In this document: positions 32,062-43,273 of the stretch, in pieces
Layout: each line of letters starts with the position of its first letter
Numbering within the stretch: the first letter of the stretch is position 1
NCBI GenBank assembly: GCA_963788195.1
Contig: CAWBGA010000017.1
Location: forward strand, 320,001-384,000
Direction of reading: 5' to 3'
From: Nitrospirota bacterium
GTDB lineage: Bacteria; Nitrospirota; Nitrospiria; Nitrospirales; NS-4
Length of the DNA stretch: 64,000 bases
Notes under the pieces: model-generated
What the model saw: only the letters and a program-made list of their open reading frames with translations
Told to the model about the DNA's origin: nothing
Database searches by the model: none
Made by a program: the position numbers and the translations under genes

Positions 32062-35000
32062 CTTCTTCAGAGCCGTTGTTTCTCTTCGGCGGAGAAAAGA
32101 GAACGCGAAACTCAGTCTTTCCATCGGAGTGCAGATCGATGGTGCCGTTGAGTTGTTCGGTCAACATGTTCACGAGCTGAACCCCTAGGGACTTCGACTG
32201 GTGAAAGTCCATATCCTTTGGGAATCCCACACCATTGTCCGCGACGATCAAAAGGAATTTCTCCTGCTCTTTTCGCAACTCGATTCGGATCTGGCCCGGC
32301 CGATTCTCCGGGAACGCGTGCTTCAACGCGTTTGATATCAATTCGTTGATGATGAGTCCGCACGGAATCGCCGTGCCCACATCCCAGGACACCTCATCCA
32401 CATTCACCTCCAGCTTGATGCGCTGCATGTCCACGTCATAGGAAAGAAAAAGGTTCGAGGCGAGATTACGGACATACTCCGAGAAGTCGATCTTCGAGAG
32501 ATCCTGCGAGTGATACAGCTTCTCATGAATCAACGCCATCGAGCGGATGCGGTTCTGACTTTCCTTGAACACATCGCGGGGAGACTGATTCTTCTGAGTC
32601 TCGGATTGGAGACGAAGCAGACTGGAGATAATTTGCAGGTTATTTTTTACCCTATGATGCACTTCTTTGAGCAATACTTCCTTTTCCCTCAGGGACGCCT
32701 TGATGCGGTCCACTTCCACCTGCTTGCGCTCAGTAATGTCCTGCATGGCGAGCAGGACCATCTGCGTCCTGGTCTTCTCCCAAAAAATGACCCGCGCATT
32801 CAGCAGCATGGTGCGACGACCGATCCGCGGAAACTCATTTTCTACCTCGAAGTCTTGAAACCTCCCGTTCTGTGGGATGAGACTCTCCAGCATCGTGCGT
32901 AACTTCGGGATGTCCCACTGCCCTCTCCCAAGATCGAAGATGCTGCTGCCCTTCGTTTCCTCCGGGGCAACCCGAAACGTGTTGTAGAATGACCGGTTGG
33001 CGGTCTTCACACGGAGCTGGTCATCCAGCACAACCAGGGGTTCCCATATCGTCTCAATGATGCTCTCTGCATAATCCCGGGATTCCTTCAGCTCTTCGAG
33101 GCTGCCCTTAAAGGCATCGATGTCGACGAGGACCATCACGGCGCCTTCGATCCGATTATCGCTGGTCTTGTAGGGTCGGATCCGCATGGAATACCAGTGG
33201 CCTGCTTTGTCCTGGACTTCTTGCTCACGGATGATGCCGCTGCTGATGACCTTTAGGACGAGGTCCTCAAGATTCTCCACATTGAGGTTGTGATTGATAT
33301 CGGTCAAGGGCCTGCCCACATCGGCTGGAAGCAATTTCAAAACCGATTGGGCCAAGGGGGTAAACCGCCGAATACGGAGGTCGTTCCCCAGCATCACCAC
33401 CGGGATGTTGACACCGGCCAGCAAGTTCACAAGGTCATTGTTGACCTGGCTCAGCTCCTGATTGCGGTTTTGTAATTCCTCATTGACCGTGGTCAGCTCC
33501 TCGTTCGTCGATTGCAGCTCCTCCTTCGCCGTCTCCAACTCTTCGTTCGTGCTCTGAAGCTCTTCATTGCTGGACAGAATCTCTTCATTGGCGGACTTGA
33601 GCTCTTCATTGGTCGCTTCCTGCTCTTCGATAATCGACTGCAGATACTCTCGGCTCGCCAGGAGCTCCTGCTTGGCCTGCTCGAGTTGATGATTTTCGTG
33701 GCGACGCCCTTGCCCACCCTTCTGCAGGCCTCTCTTATCAGAAGAGGGCTCGTCCTTGAACAAAACCAGGTAGCAGGCGTCATTCGCGACATACGTCTTA
33801 AGCGGCAATACCTCGACGGCGATCTTCTTATGCTCGTCATTGAACTTGATGCTGATGTCGTGCTTTCGACAAGGGCTGCCGGTCTTCTTCGCTTTGTGGA
33901 CCATCGCGCGGACCTCAAGGTACAGTCCTTCACGAGCCATCTTTGATAAATTCACGCTGGGCTTGCCGGGCGAGGGCTCCAGATAGGGGCTGGTCTGCCC
34001 ACGAAATTGCAGAACGTCCAACTGCTCATTGACGATGACGCCCGCCGGCGTGTACTTCGAGAGGAGCAGCAGGTCGGCCTCCTTCTGCAGATCGTGTCCC
34101 TCAGGCGCATCACGCCCGGCCTGAGAGCGCATGATCCCCTGCGGCTCTGTCGGATAATCAGCCGTGAAATAGACCCCTGCAGGAGCAAGTGAGGGTTTGC
34201 GGACAAAAATCTTGTGCTTCCTGTCAATCAGCCGGAACAGTTCGGAGAAATTGCTGATGTTTTCCGAAGTCCCCAACACAAGGTATCCATGAGGCTTCAG
34301 CGCGTAGTGGAAGACTGGAAAGACCTTTTTTTGGAGCGGTTGGCCGAGGTAAATGAGCATGTTCCGGCAACTGATCAGATCCAGCCTCGAGAAGGGCGGG
34401 TCGCGAGTCAGGTCCTGTCTGGCAAAAATGCAGACGTCGCGCACGAATTTGGAGATCTGATATCCCTGATCCACCTTTGTATAAAACCGCTCGAGCCGAA
34501 CGGCGGAGACGTCGAGCGCAATATTTTCCACGTAAATGCCCTGCCGGGCGGTTTCAAGAGCCGTCTCGCTGATGTCCGTCGCGAAGATCTGCGGGCGGAA
34601 CTGGTTGACCCGCTCGCCGAGGAACTCGAAGAGGGCGATCGCGAGAGAATAGGCCTCCTCGCCGGTAGCACAGCCCGGCACCCAGACACGGATCCCTGTC
34701 CCGTTCTGTTGCTGTTCAAGGATCTTCGGGAAGATCTCGGTCTTCAGAGCCTCAAACGTTTCGGGATCGCGAAAGAAGCTCGTCACCTTGATCAGGAGGT
34801 CTTGATAGAGGTGCTGCACCGATCCGGGATTGTCCTCCAAGTATTGGACATACTGGTCGACTCGCTCAATCTTGTGAAGCGCCATTCGCCGGAGGATCCG
34901 CCGCATGATGGTATTGATCTTATAGTTCGAGAAATCGACGCCGGTCGTGGTTCGAAGCAAGCTCAAAATCGGCGCGATTGCCGTTTCGTGTTGCGCGAGT

Positions 35001-35744
35001 TCCTTGGCCTGCGGAGGCTTGATCATCGGATGCTCGGCCGATCCTGGCGAGTTCTCTCGCAAGGCCTTCAGGCGGCAGCACGTAATCCACGCAGCCCGTC
35101 AAGACTGCGTTGCGCGGCATGCCGCTGTGCTTCGCCGAACGTTCGTCCTGGGCCATCGCAATACCGCCCTGCGCTTTAATGGCCTGAATTCCCAGTACAC
35201 CGTCCGACGCCGTCCCGGACAGGATGACTCCGATCGCCTGGTGTTGCTGTACTTCCGCCAGTGAGCGAAAGAATACATCCACCGGCATGTGCTGTCCCCG
35301 GCTCAGAGACCGCGGACGGAGCTTCAGCATGCTCCCAGCCAGAATGATTTCGGTGTTTGCCGGTATAATGTAGACGTGATTTGGCGCGATCACCATGCCA
35401 TTGGTCACCTGTGTGACCGGCATTGCCGTGGTCTTGGAGAGTAAATCCGTCAGGAGACTCTCATGCGTAGGGTCCAAGTGCTGAACCAGCACAAAGGCCA
35501 TGCCGGTGTCTACTGGGAGGTTCTCGAGAAGGTGCGTGAAGGCTTCCAAGCCCCCCGCCGAGGCGCCGATGCCGACGACTGGGAATGGCAATCCACTCGC
35601 TTTCGTCCCACGGGGCGGGGGTTGCGGCTCGGCTCTGAGTTGCCGCTTTCTGGGGCCTAGGATTTTTCTGGCTGGCTGTCCCCGCTCAGTGGCTTTTCGG
35701 GCGACCGGTTTCGCCGACGGCGGCCGGGACTTCTTGTGTTTCAT
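32045..35744 (-). CDS. CheB methylesterase/CheR methyltransferase/PAS/HisKA_2 histidine kinase fusion; frameshift near 35030
   Basis: [43 protein letters not shown] coiled coil; [22 protein letters not shown]. Confidence 0.9.
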
Positions 35745-35883
35745 ACCCTGATCCTAGTTCCTCGTGAGGTTGTTTTACGCTCTTACACCGGAAAAGTAAT
35801 GCGAATTCCACCTTCTTGCAGGGAAGAATCCTCCCTGGTGAGGCTAATAATCGTCATTGGCTGCATGGAGCAAGCCTGGAAGG

Positions 35884-37134
35884 CTAGCGCTTCGCCCGTG
35901 ACCTGTTCACCACTTTTTCCCGATACATGCGTTTGTCGGCCTCTTTCAATGTCTCGGTCAGCGGCCCTTTCTTGGCGGTGGCGGCCCCGAACGAAACCGA
36001 CAGCGGACACTCCTTGTGGGCGTCGTTATAAGCGGCGAGACTCTCTTTGATCCGCAGGATCGCCTCAGTTGTGGCGGCGGCATCGGTCATGGGCAAGAGG
36101 ATGGCAAACTCGTCCCCGCCGATCCGCGTGACGACATCCTCCGCACGAAACGCTCCCTTAATAACCTCGGCCGCATCACGCAGCACTCTATCCCCGGCCA
36201 GATGGCCATGGATATCATTTGTCGATTTGAATCGATCGATATCGCCGACGATCACGCTCACCGGGAAATGCCGGCCGCGTTCCAATCGCGCCAACTCCAC
36301 CTCAAAATACGCGCGGTTGTACAAACCCGTCAGGATGTCGTGGGTGCTCGCATACTGCAACTTGTCTTCGGCCTGCTTGCGCTCCGTGATATCGCGAAAG
36401 ACCAATACCACCCCGATCCCATGGCCGCTATTGCCGCGGATCGACGCGGCCCGATACTCGATAGGCGTCGCGCAGCCGGTTTTCGCCATGAGAATCGCCT
36501 CGCTCGGGCGATCAGGTACCTGCGACTCGCTAAGGATCCGCTCCAACTCGATCTCGGGGAGCTCTTCTCTCGCAAGAATATGAAACACTTCCGGAAAGCT
36601 CTGTTCGATGGCATCGGCCTGCTTCCACCCGGTCAGCTCCTCGGCCACCGGGTTCAGGAACTTCACCCGCCCGGCCACATCCGTGGCCATCACTGCGTCC
36701 CCGATACAGTGCAGAGTCGTGACCAGCCACTGCTCGCTTTCTTTGAGACGCCGCTCCATCTGGTGCTTGTAGAGAGCCACTTCGATGCACGTGTAGAGCT
36801 CACGTTCTTCGAATGGCTTAAGAATGTATCCGAACGGCTCCGTGACCTTCGCGCGCTGCAACGTAGCGGCGTCGGCATATGCCGTGAGGTACACGACCGG
36901 AATGTTGAACCGCCGACGCAGCTCCTCAGCCGTCTCCACCCCGTCCATCGCCCCCTTCAAGCGGATATCCATCAAGACCAGGTCGGGAGACGTCTCTTGC
37001 GCCCTTTTCAACGCCTCTTCGCCTGAAGAGGCCAGGGCAGGAACGTGGTATCCCAGCGCCTTCAAGCGATGCTCGATATCTTTTGCGACGATGTTTTCGT
37101 CTTCAACGACGAGGATCTGCGGGCCTGCCGACAT
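35884..37134 (-). CDS. REC-PAS-GGDEF diguanylate cyclase
   Basis: ILVVEDE, DLVLMDI; PAS; RAED I-site and IGGDEF. Confidence 0.92.
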   Translation of the reverse strand: MSAGPQILVVEDENIVAKDIEHRLKALGYHVPALASSGEEALKRAQETSPDLVLMDIRLKGAMDGVETAEELRRRFNIPVVYLTAYADAATLQRAKVTEPFGYILKPFEERELYTCIEVALYKHQMERRLKESEQWLVTTLHCIGDAVMATDVAGRVKFLNPVAEELTGWKQADAIEQSFPEVFHILAREELPEIELERILSESQVPDRPSEAILMAKTGCATPIEYRAASIRGNSGHGIGVVLVFRDITERKQAEDKLQYASTHDILTGLYNRAYFEVELARLERGRHFPVSVIVGDIDRFKSTNDIHGHLAGDRVLRDAAEVIKGAFRAEDVVTRIGGDEFAILLPMTDAAATTEAILRIKESLAAYNDAHKECPLSVSFGAATAKKGPLTETLKEADKRMYREKVVNRSRAKR

Positions 37135-37141
37135 GTAACGG

Positions 37142-38558
37142 TTACGGCCTTGCCGTTTTTCCGGGCCGCAATTTGGGAGAAAGCGAAGATGTTGTGCGAG
37201 GAATGCGGCTGATTTCGTCAAAGTACTTCACAAATGTCTTCATGCCACCCGCCGCCTGTCCCCAGTCAAACCGCTCATTGGGTGCGTGATATCCATGGTC
37301 GGGCAGGCTCAACCCCAGGAACATGACCGGTGCGCCCCAACGCTCCACCATGGTCACCACCGCCCCGATTGATCCACCTTCGCGGATGAACGCCGGTTCT
37401 TTTCCAAAGCCAAAGGTCAGCGCCTTCCGAGCAGCTTCGGCAAAAGGCCCGCCCAGGCTCCCGGCGTAGGGGCGCAGCATGCCGTCGGCTTCAACACAAA
37501 TATCTGGATTAAGCCGGCGTAGATATCGCGTAAATAAGCGCAAGACCGTTTCAGGCTTCTGATCGGGTACAAGGCGCATGCTCACCTTTGCCTCGGCTCG
37601 TGGAGCAATTGAGGTCTTGACCCCCGGTCCGGTATACCCGCCGACAAGCCCATGTACCTCGAACGTCGGCTCCGCCCAGATGCGCCGCATCACCATGTCG
37701 CGGTTATTCGTGCGAAGCTTTGTGAGACGATGCTCAGCCGCAAAGCTTTTCACATCAAAACCCGACTTGCGGAATTGAACAAGTTCCTGTTTTGTCACCT
37801 CGCGCGCGTCGTTATAGAATCCGGGGATCTTGACCCGCCCGGTCTTCGCGTCAACGCAATCCCCGATCGCCGCACAGAGCTCCGTCAGCGGGTTGCGCGC
37901 AGCACCCCCGGTGAGGCCGGAATGCGCTTCCCGCTTGGCGGTCGCCAGGCTCAGCCGCACAGCCAGCAGACCGCGGAGACCGTACGGGATGGCCGGTCGC
38001 CCGCCCGCCAGCCAGACCGTATCAGATACCACAACAGAATCCGGCGGGACAAGAGCTGAAGCCCGACTCAAGCCATCGCCGAAATGGGGACTGCCGATTT
38101 CCTCTTCGAGCTCCCAGCAGAACTGTATGTTGATCGGGACCTTTTGCTCGACGGCGTATCGAGCGCTAAGTAGCGCGGTCAGGGCGGGCCCTTTATCGTC
38201 CGTGGTGCCCCGCCCGTAATAAAGGTCTCCATCCACCACAAACTGAAACGGCGCGCGGGTCCACTCCGGCTCAAGGGCAGGTTGAACATCGAGGTGATTG
38301 TAGATCGTGACTGTCGGCCATTGCGGATTAGAGCTCCATCCCCCCACGACGAGCGGATGGCCTCCGGTCTCAACAATCGAGGCGTCGGCGCCGACGGCGG
38401 TCAGGTATTCCACAGCAACGGAGGCGCCGGCGCGGATATCATCGCTTTCGGTCCGGGTCCATGCTGACGGTGGGCACTTCAACCAGCCGGCCTAGCCAGG
38501 ACTCGAAGCGACTTCGGCTCTGCGCAATGTAGCTCTCAAGACCGCCGAAGACGCTCAT
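37142..38558 (-). CDS. M20/M25/M40 family metallo-dipeptidase; frameshift near 38450
   Basis: MSVFGG...LVEVPTVSMD; YNHLDVQPA, GRGTTDDKG, EEEIGS, HAPNE. Confidence 0.88.
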
Positions 38559-38571
38559 CTCAGCTCATGAT

Positions 38572-38657
38572 GGGGACAGATTTATTTTCACCTTGGAGGG
38601 CAGGCAAAGCTCGGGGCGGCGGCGGAGAATTCATCGGCCGAAAATAAATCTGTCCCC
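38572..38657. repeat. 86-bp element bounded by perfect 18-bp inverted repeats (REP-doublet/MITE-like)
   Basis: GGGGACAGATTTATTTTC ... GAAAATAAATCTGTCCCC. Confidence 0.8.
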
Positions 38658-38664
38658 TTTTCAG

Positions 38665-40470
38665 TTACGCGGCCGCCTCAAGCTCGGCAACCATATCCCG
38701 AATTGTATCAAAGCCCGCCTGCCAAAAGGCCTCCGACCGGATGTCCACCCCAAGGTCCTTGAGTAGGGATTCCGGCGCGCGCGATCCACCGGCCGCCAGC
38801 AAGTTAAGGTATCGCGGAACGAAGGACTCCCCTTGAACCTTATACAGGCCGTACAACGCAAATACTAAAAGATTTCCGAAGCCATAGGCATAGCAATAGA
38901 ACGGACTCGCAAAGATATGCGGGATCGCCAGCCATTCCCACCGAAACTCATCCGGCACCGTGACTGCAGGGCCGAATTGCGCGCGCAGGTCCTCGAGATA
39001 GACACTGCACAATTCATCCATGGTACCGCCTTCGCCTATGATCCGATGCGCCTCTCGCTCAAACCGCACGAAGTAGGCCTGGCGGAGCACGGTGGCATAG
39101 ACGTCGTCCAGCTGTCGGATAAGCAGAGTGCGTTTTGCCGTCTTATCGCGCTCCGCAGCCATTAAGGTGTCAGACAGAATCCGCTCGCCAAAGACAGAAG
39201 CCGTCTCGGCCAAGGGCAGGGTTGAATGGAATGTGAAGACTGAATGGTCTTTCGCCAGCATGCCATGGACCGCGTGGCCGAGCTCATGGGCCAATGTCGC
39301 GATGTCTCGGATGTCGCCGTTGAAATTCAGCAATACGTACGGTGTCAGGTCAGGCAGCACACTGTAGCAGTAGGCGCCCCCGATCTTCCCGGGACGGATT
39401 GTTGCATCGATATGGCGGTGTGCCAACACCGTGGCGGCAAGATCAGCCATCTTGGGCGAAAAGCCGCGGTACGCGTCGAAGACCATCCGTGACGCTTGCT
39501 CGAAGCTGTAGCGCTTTCGCGCTTCCCGGAAGGGCGCGTAAATATGGTAGCGGCTCATTTTCGGAATCCGACACAGCCGCCCTTTCAATTCGAAATAATC
39601 CTGAAAGATGACGGCATTCTTGGCCGACACGTTGAGCAGGGTCTCTACCGAGTCCTCCGGCACATCATTCATGAGATTACGCACACTAATGGGAGAACGG
39701 TGGTGGCGCAGTCCAAGATGTTCCTGTTTCCAATCGACGACCAGCGTCTTATACATTTCCCCGACAACATCAGCGTGTTCGGCGTACACCCGGTACAGTT
39801 CTTTGTAGGCTGCTCGCCGAATGCCGGCGTCAGGGTCGCGTACATAACTCATTAAGGCTTCACGGTTGAGCGTGCGGGTTTTGCCCTTTGATGTGAGCCT
39901 GAACGTCAACCCATTGGTGAGAATATCATAGAGTCCTATCACTGCCTGGCGGCCCGTGACGCTTTTCACGTTGAGAATTTTCTCTTCGGGCTCGCTAAGA
40001 GTATGCGCTCGAAACCTGCGCAAGGACTCCAGATGATAAAGGTTATCGCCCGACGCTTTCATCAGCCGGGCGGCGTTGGCATCGTCCAGCGTCTGCCACC
40101 ACAGGTCGAAGAACAGCATCCGGTTTGCCACGCCGGCCTGGAATTCCTCGACCTTGGCCTTGAAGGCGCGGGCGGGCTGGTGGCGGGTATCCTCCGAGAA
40201 CCACAGATAGGCGTAGGCGCCCAGGCGGTTCATCGTGCACGTAATAGCTTCGGCAAGGCGGAGCGAATCCCGGAATCTGTCCTCCGAAATCTCCGGCGCA
40301 AGCGCCTCACGCACGCCCTCAAACCGCTGGACCTGAGTGTCCACCTCCCGGGTCACCGCGGCGAAGTACCGTTCCGGATCATCTAGGAGATCCTTGAGAT
40401 TCCACTGAGGTTGGTGCTGCGCCCGAGGTGTCGGCCGGCTTTTGCGTGGTCGGCTCTTTACCGCTCTCAT
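38665..40470 (-). CDS. M3B family oligoendopeptidase F
   Basis: WNLKDL, GKIGGAYC, TLAHELGHAVH, AETASVFGE, FYCYAY. Confidence 0.92.
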   Translation of the reverse strand: MRAVKSRPRKSRPTPRAQHQPQWNLKDLLDDPERYFAAVTREVDTQVQRFEGVREALAPEISEDRFRDSLRLAEAITCTMNRLGAYAYLWFSEDTRHQPARAFKAKVEEFQAGVANRMLFFDLWWQTLDDANAARLMKASGDNLYHLESLRRFRAHTLSEPEEKILNVKSVTGRQAVIGLYDILTNGLTFRLTSKGKTRTLNREALMSYVRDPDAGIRRAAYKELYRVYAEHADVVGEMYKTLVVDWKQEHLGLRHHRSPISVRNLMNDVPEDSVETLLNVSAKNAVIFQDYFELKGRLCRIPKMSRYHIYAPFREARKRYSFEQASRMVFDAYRGFSPKMADLAATVLAHRHIDATIRPGKIGGAYCYSVLPDLTPYVLLNFNGDIRDIATLAHELGHAVHGMLAKDHSVFTFHSTLPLAETASVFGERILSDTLMAAERDKTAKRTLLIRQLDDVYATVLRQAYFVRFEREAHRIIGEGGTMDELCSVYLEDLRAQFGPAVTVPDEFRWEWLAIPHIFASPFYCYAYGFGNLLVFALYGLYKVQGESFVPRYLNLLAAGGSRAPESLLKDLGVDIRSEAFWQAGFDTIRDMVAELEAAA

Positions 40471-42359
40471 GGCTCCTTGCCGCAATGCGCGCAGATCGAC
40501 CAGCCGACCTGAATCGTATGACCGCAACTGCATACGCGGCGGAGCAGTGTTCGGCAATATGGGCAATGCCGATATTCGGAGTTGATCGGTCGGCCGCAGC
40601 CCGAACAACTGTTCGCCGCATGCTCAGCAACCTCCAACACACGGCCGAGTTCATCGAGCGTGGTGAGCCCAGCCTTCGCCTTACTTAATGCGTCCTGCAT
40701 GAGGCTGTGCATCCCGGACTCCTGAGCGGCGAGCCGGACATCTTCTTCCGTCGCATCTCTTAAAATAAGATCACGGATCCGGGAATTCATCACGAGCATC
40801 TCAAATACCGCCATACGCCCCTTGTAACCGAGTTCCTGGCACTTGGAGCACCCCTTGCCCATCATGAAGCGGCCTTCCGCTACACTTGTCGGCGTGAGCC
40901 CGAGTGCCGAGACAACGTGCGGCTTGGGCTCGGCGGGAGCTTTACAGTCCGGACATATTCGTCGTACGAGACGCTGAGCGATGATTCCCGCCAGCACAGA
41001 GGCGAGCAAATAGCGGGGGATACCGATATCGAGCAGACGCGTGATGGTCGTGGGCGCGTCATTCGTATGCAGGGTCGTAAAAACCAGGTGACCGGTCAGC
41101 GCCGCGCGGCAGGCAATTTCGGCCGTCTCGGCATCGCGGATCTCGCCAACAAGCACCACGTCCGGGTCCTGGCGTAGAATGGAACGGAGGCCCTTCGCGA
41201 ACGTCAGCTCAATGTCGGGATTGACCTGCATCTGGTTCAGCCCCGGGTAGTGATATTCGATCGGATCCTCCACGGTGACGATATTGATCGCCGGCGACTT
41301 GATCCGATTCAGAATGGCGTACAAGGTCGTCGTCTTCCCACTGCCGGTTGGCCCCGTCACCACAATCATGCCCTTATGCCGGGTGATAAGGTCATTCATC
41401 CTATGGAGGTCATCCGGCAAAAACCCAATGGCGTCGAGCTCGTAGCCCCCACTGGAAGTATCCAAAATACGGATGACCGCTTTCTCACCCGATCGGAGCG
41501 GCATCGTCGATAGTCGAAGATCCGCGTCCCGCCCATCCACTTTCACCCGGACCGATCCGTCTTGCGGCAAGCGGCGTTCGGCGATATCCATCTTGCCGAG
41601 GATTTTCAGCCGTGAGACCAGGGCCGGATGCAACCGGGGCGGCACCTTGAGTTGATCCTGGAGCAATCCGTCCAGCCGGAACCGGACAATGCCTCCGGGA
41701 GAGCCTGGTTCGACATGGATGTCGCTTGCGCCGAGCTGAATAGCCTTACGCAGGATGAGATTCAACAACTGTATGACGGGCGCTTCCTCCGAATCGGCAT
41801 CGAGCGCGCTGGGCTCTGAGGAGCGGAATGCAAAGACCTGCTCGGGCGACTCACCGACGCCGGCCGCCATGAGAGCCCCGGCGCCCTCCAGATGTCGTGC
41901 ATAGAAGCGGTCGATCGCGTCCGTGATGTGCGAGCGGCATCCAATCGACGGCGTAATTTTGCAACCCCTGGCAAACGAGAGGTCCCGAATCGCTTCAAAA
42001 TCCAATGGATCTGCCATGACGACTTCGAGCCGGTCTTGGTTTTGGCGTAACGGTAGAACGGTATACTTGCGCGCAAGCGCTTCGGAAAGTAGCGTCAGTT
42101 CATTAGTCCCTAAGACCAAATTCACGACGTCGATATATTGCAATTTAAGATGCTGGGCGAGCACCGGGGTGAGCTGCACTTCGGTAAGCGCCCCACGCTC
42201 CACCAGCATTTCTCCCAAGCGTTTGCCTGAGCCTCGCTGGGCCTTAAGCGCATCTTCGAGCGCTTGAGCCGTAATGAGTCCGCGCCGAACTAGCACATCG
42301 CCCAACCGCTGCCGAGCTGTTGGTTCTGTTCTTTTTCTTGGGTCTAACGGCTCTTCCAC
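40467..42359 (-). CDS. GspE/PilB family ATPase with N-terminal MshEN motifs and C-terminal double zinc ribbon
   Basis: RLGDVLVRRGLI...RLGEMLVERGAL; SDIHVEP, GPTGSGKT, LRQDPD, TGHLVFTTLH; CSGC/CPYC/CSC/CAHC. Confidence 0.9.
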   Translation of the reverse strand: MEEPLDPRKRTEPTARQRLGDVLVRRGLITAQALEDALKAQRGSGKRLGEMLVERGALTEVQLTPVLAQHLKLQYIDVVNLVLGTNELTLLSEALARKYTVLPLRQNQDRLEVVMADPLDFEAIRDLSFARGCKITPSIGCRSHITDAIDRFYARHLEGAGALMAAGVGESPEQVFAFRSSEPSALDADSEEAPVIQLLNLILRKAIQLGASDIHVEPGSPGGIVRFRLDGLLQDQLKVPPRLHPALVSRLKILGKMDIAERRLPQDGSVRVKVDGRDADLRLSTMPLRSGEKAVIRILDTSSGGYELDAIGFLPDDLHRMNDLITRHKGMIVVTGPTGSGKTTTLYAILNRIKSPAINIVTVEDPIEYHYPGLNQMQVNPDIELTFAKGLRSILRQDPDVVLVGEIRDAETAEIACRAALTGHLVFTTLHTNDAPTTITRLLDIGIPRYLLASVLAGIIAQRLVRRICPDCKAPAEPKPHVVSALGLTPTSVAEGRFMMGKGCSKCQELGYKGRMAVFEMLVMNSRIRDLILRDATEEDVRLAAQESGMHSLMQDALSKAKAGLTTLDELGRVLEVAEHAANSCSGCGRPINSEYRHCPYCRTLLRRVCSCGHTIQVGWSICAHCGKEP

Positions 42360-42387
42360 GAGAAGACTCCTTCGAGCCCGACGATGA

Positions 42388-43209
42388 TTACTTCGTGACC
42401 AACATTGGGACAAACTCCTCTTCCTGCACGGTTTTCTGACCGTCTTTACCGAGCATGAAATCGATAAAGGCTTTCGCAACCGGGGATGGAGGATTCTTGG
42501 TGACCAATAAAATAGGACGACGCAACGGGTAGGCGCCTGAAGAGACGTTAGCCGGCTCCGGTTCCAGTCTATTAATGGCAAGCAAGCGAATCGGGACCCC
42601 GACACTCACATTATTGACGCCCACGTTGAGATCCAGATAACTGATGCCATTGAGGCTTCCCGCGACGGCCTTGACTGCCTCCTTATCGGGCTCAACGACT
42701 CCCTTTCCCTTTACGTGATTACCGTTCAGGTTCAGCAGTTGCTCAAAATAGGGACGCACCCCCTTGCCTTCCTCACGTTCAATCACGCTGATTCGGGAGT
42801 CGAGCCCCCCCAGCTCGTCCCACGTCTTGACCTTACCGCTAAAAATGTCGGCGAGCTCACTGAGCTTCACTTCCGACACCCGGTTCGATGCGTTCACCAT
42901 TACAGCGATGCCTTCCCACCCGACCACAGCCGACATGAGAGCCTTCTCTTCGGGAGGAAGATCGTTGCCGACCACGGCGAGGTCCACTGTGCCATCTCTT
43001 ACAGCGGCCAGAGCATCACTCCCCTCAGGCTCCACGACCCGGGTGCGTATCTTCGGATTTTGCTTTTCAAACTTGACCGCCGCCTTTTCAAAAATACCTT
43101 GCTCGCGCCCGTTCACCTGCACCGTCAGCTTGCCCGATAGATCGCCGGCGGCTGCCACGGTGCTCGACAGTAATGTCCCGATAACCACCAGTAGCTGTGT
43201 TGTACGCAT
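42388..43209 (-). CDS. PstS-like periplasmic binding protein (orphan)
   Basis: Signal peptide; GIAVMVN, IFSGKVKTWDELGG, YPLRRP, FIDFMLG. Confidence 0.8.
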   Translation of the reverse strand: MRTTQLLVVIGTLLSSTVAAAGDLSGKLTVQVNGREQGIFEKAAVKFEKQNPKIRTRVVEPEGSDALAAVRDGTVDLAVVGNDLPPEEKALMSAVVGWEGIAVMVNASNRVSEVKLSELADIFSGKVKTWDELGGLDSRISVIEREEGKGVRPYFEQLLNLNGNHVKGKGVVEPDKEAVKAVAGSLNGISYLDLNVGVNNVSVGVPIRLLAINRLEPEPANVSSGAYPLRRPILLVTKNPPSPVAKAFIDFMLGKDGQKTVQEEEFVPMLVTK

Positions 43210-43273
43210 ATATTACCCTTTCATCACAGGATTACCCTAACATAATCATACCAGATGCCCTATCTTCATCTTA

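Noticed and set aside
33440..33640. Novel 21-bp-period tandem repeat
   Set aside because: It encodes the usual NEELQST coiled coil of CheB/CheR fusions.
34214..37026. Long plus-strand ORFs (321 aa and 336 aa) and other antisense ORFs
   Set aside because: Shadow frames of well-supported opposite-strand genes in GC-rich DNA, with no recognisable motifs.
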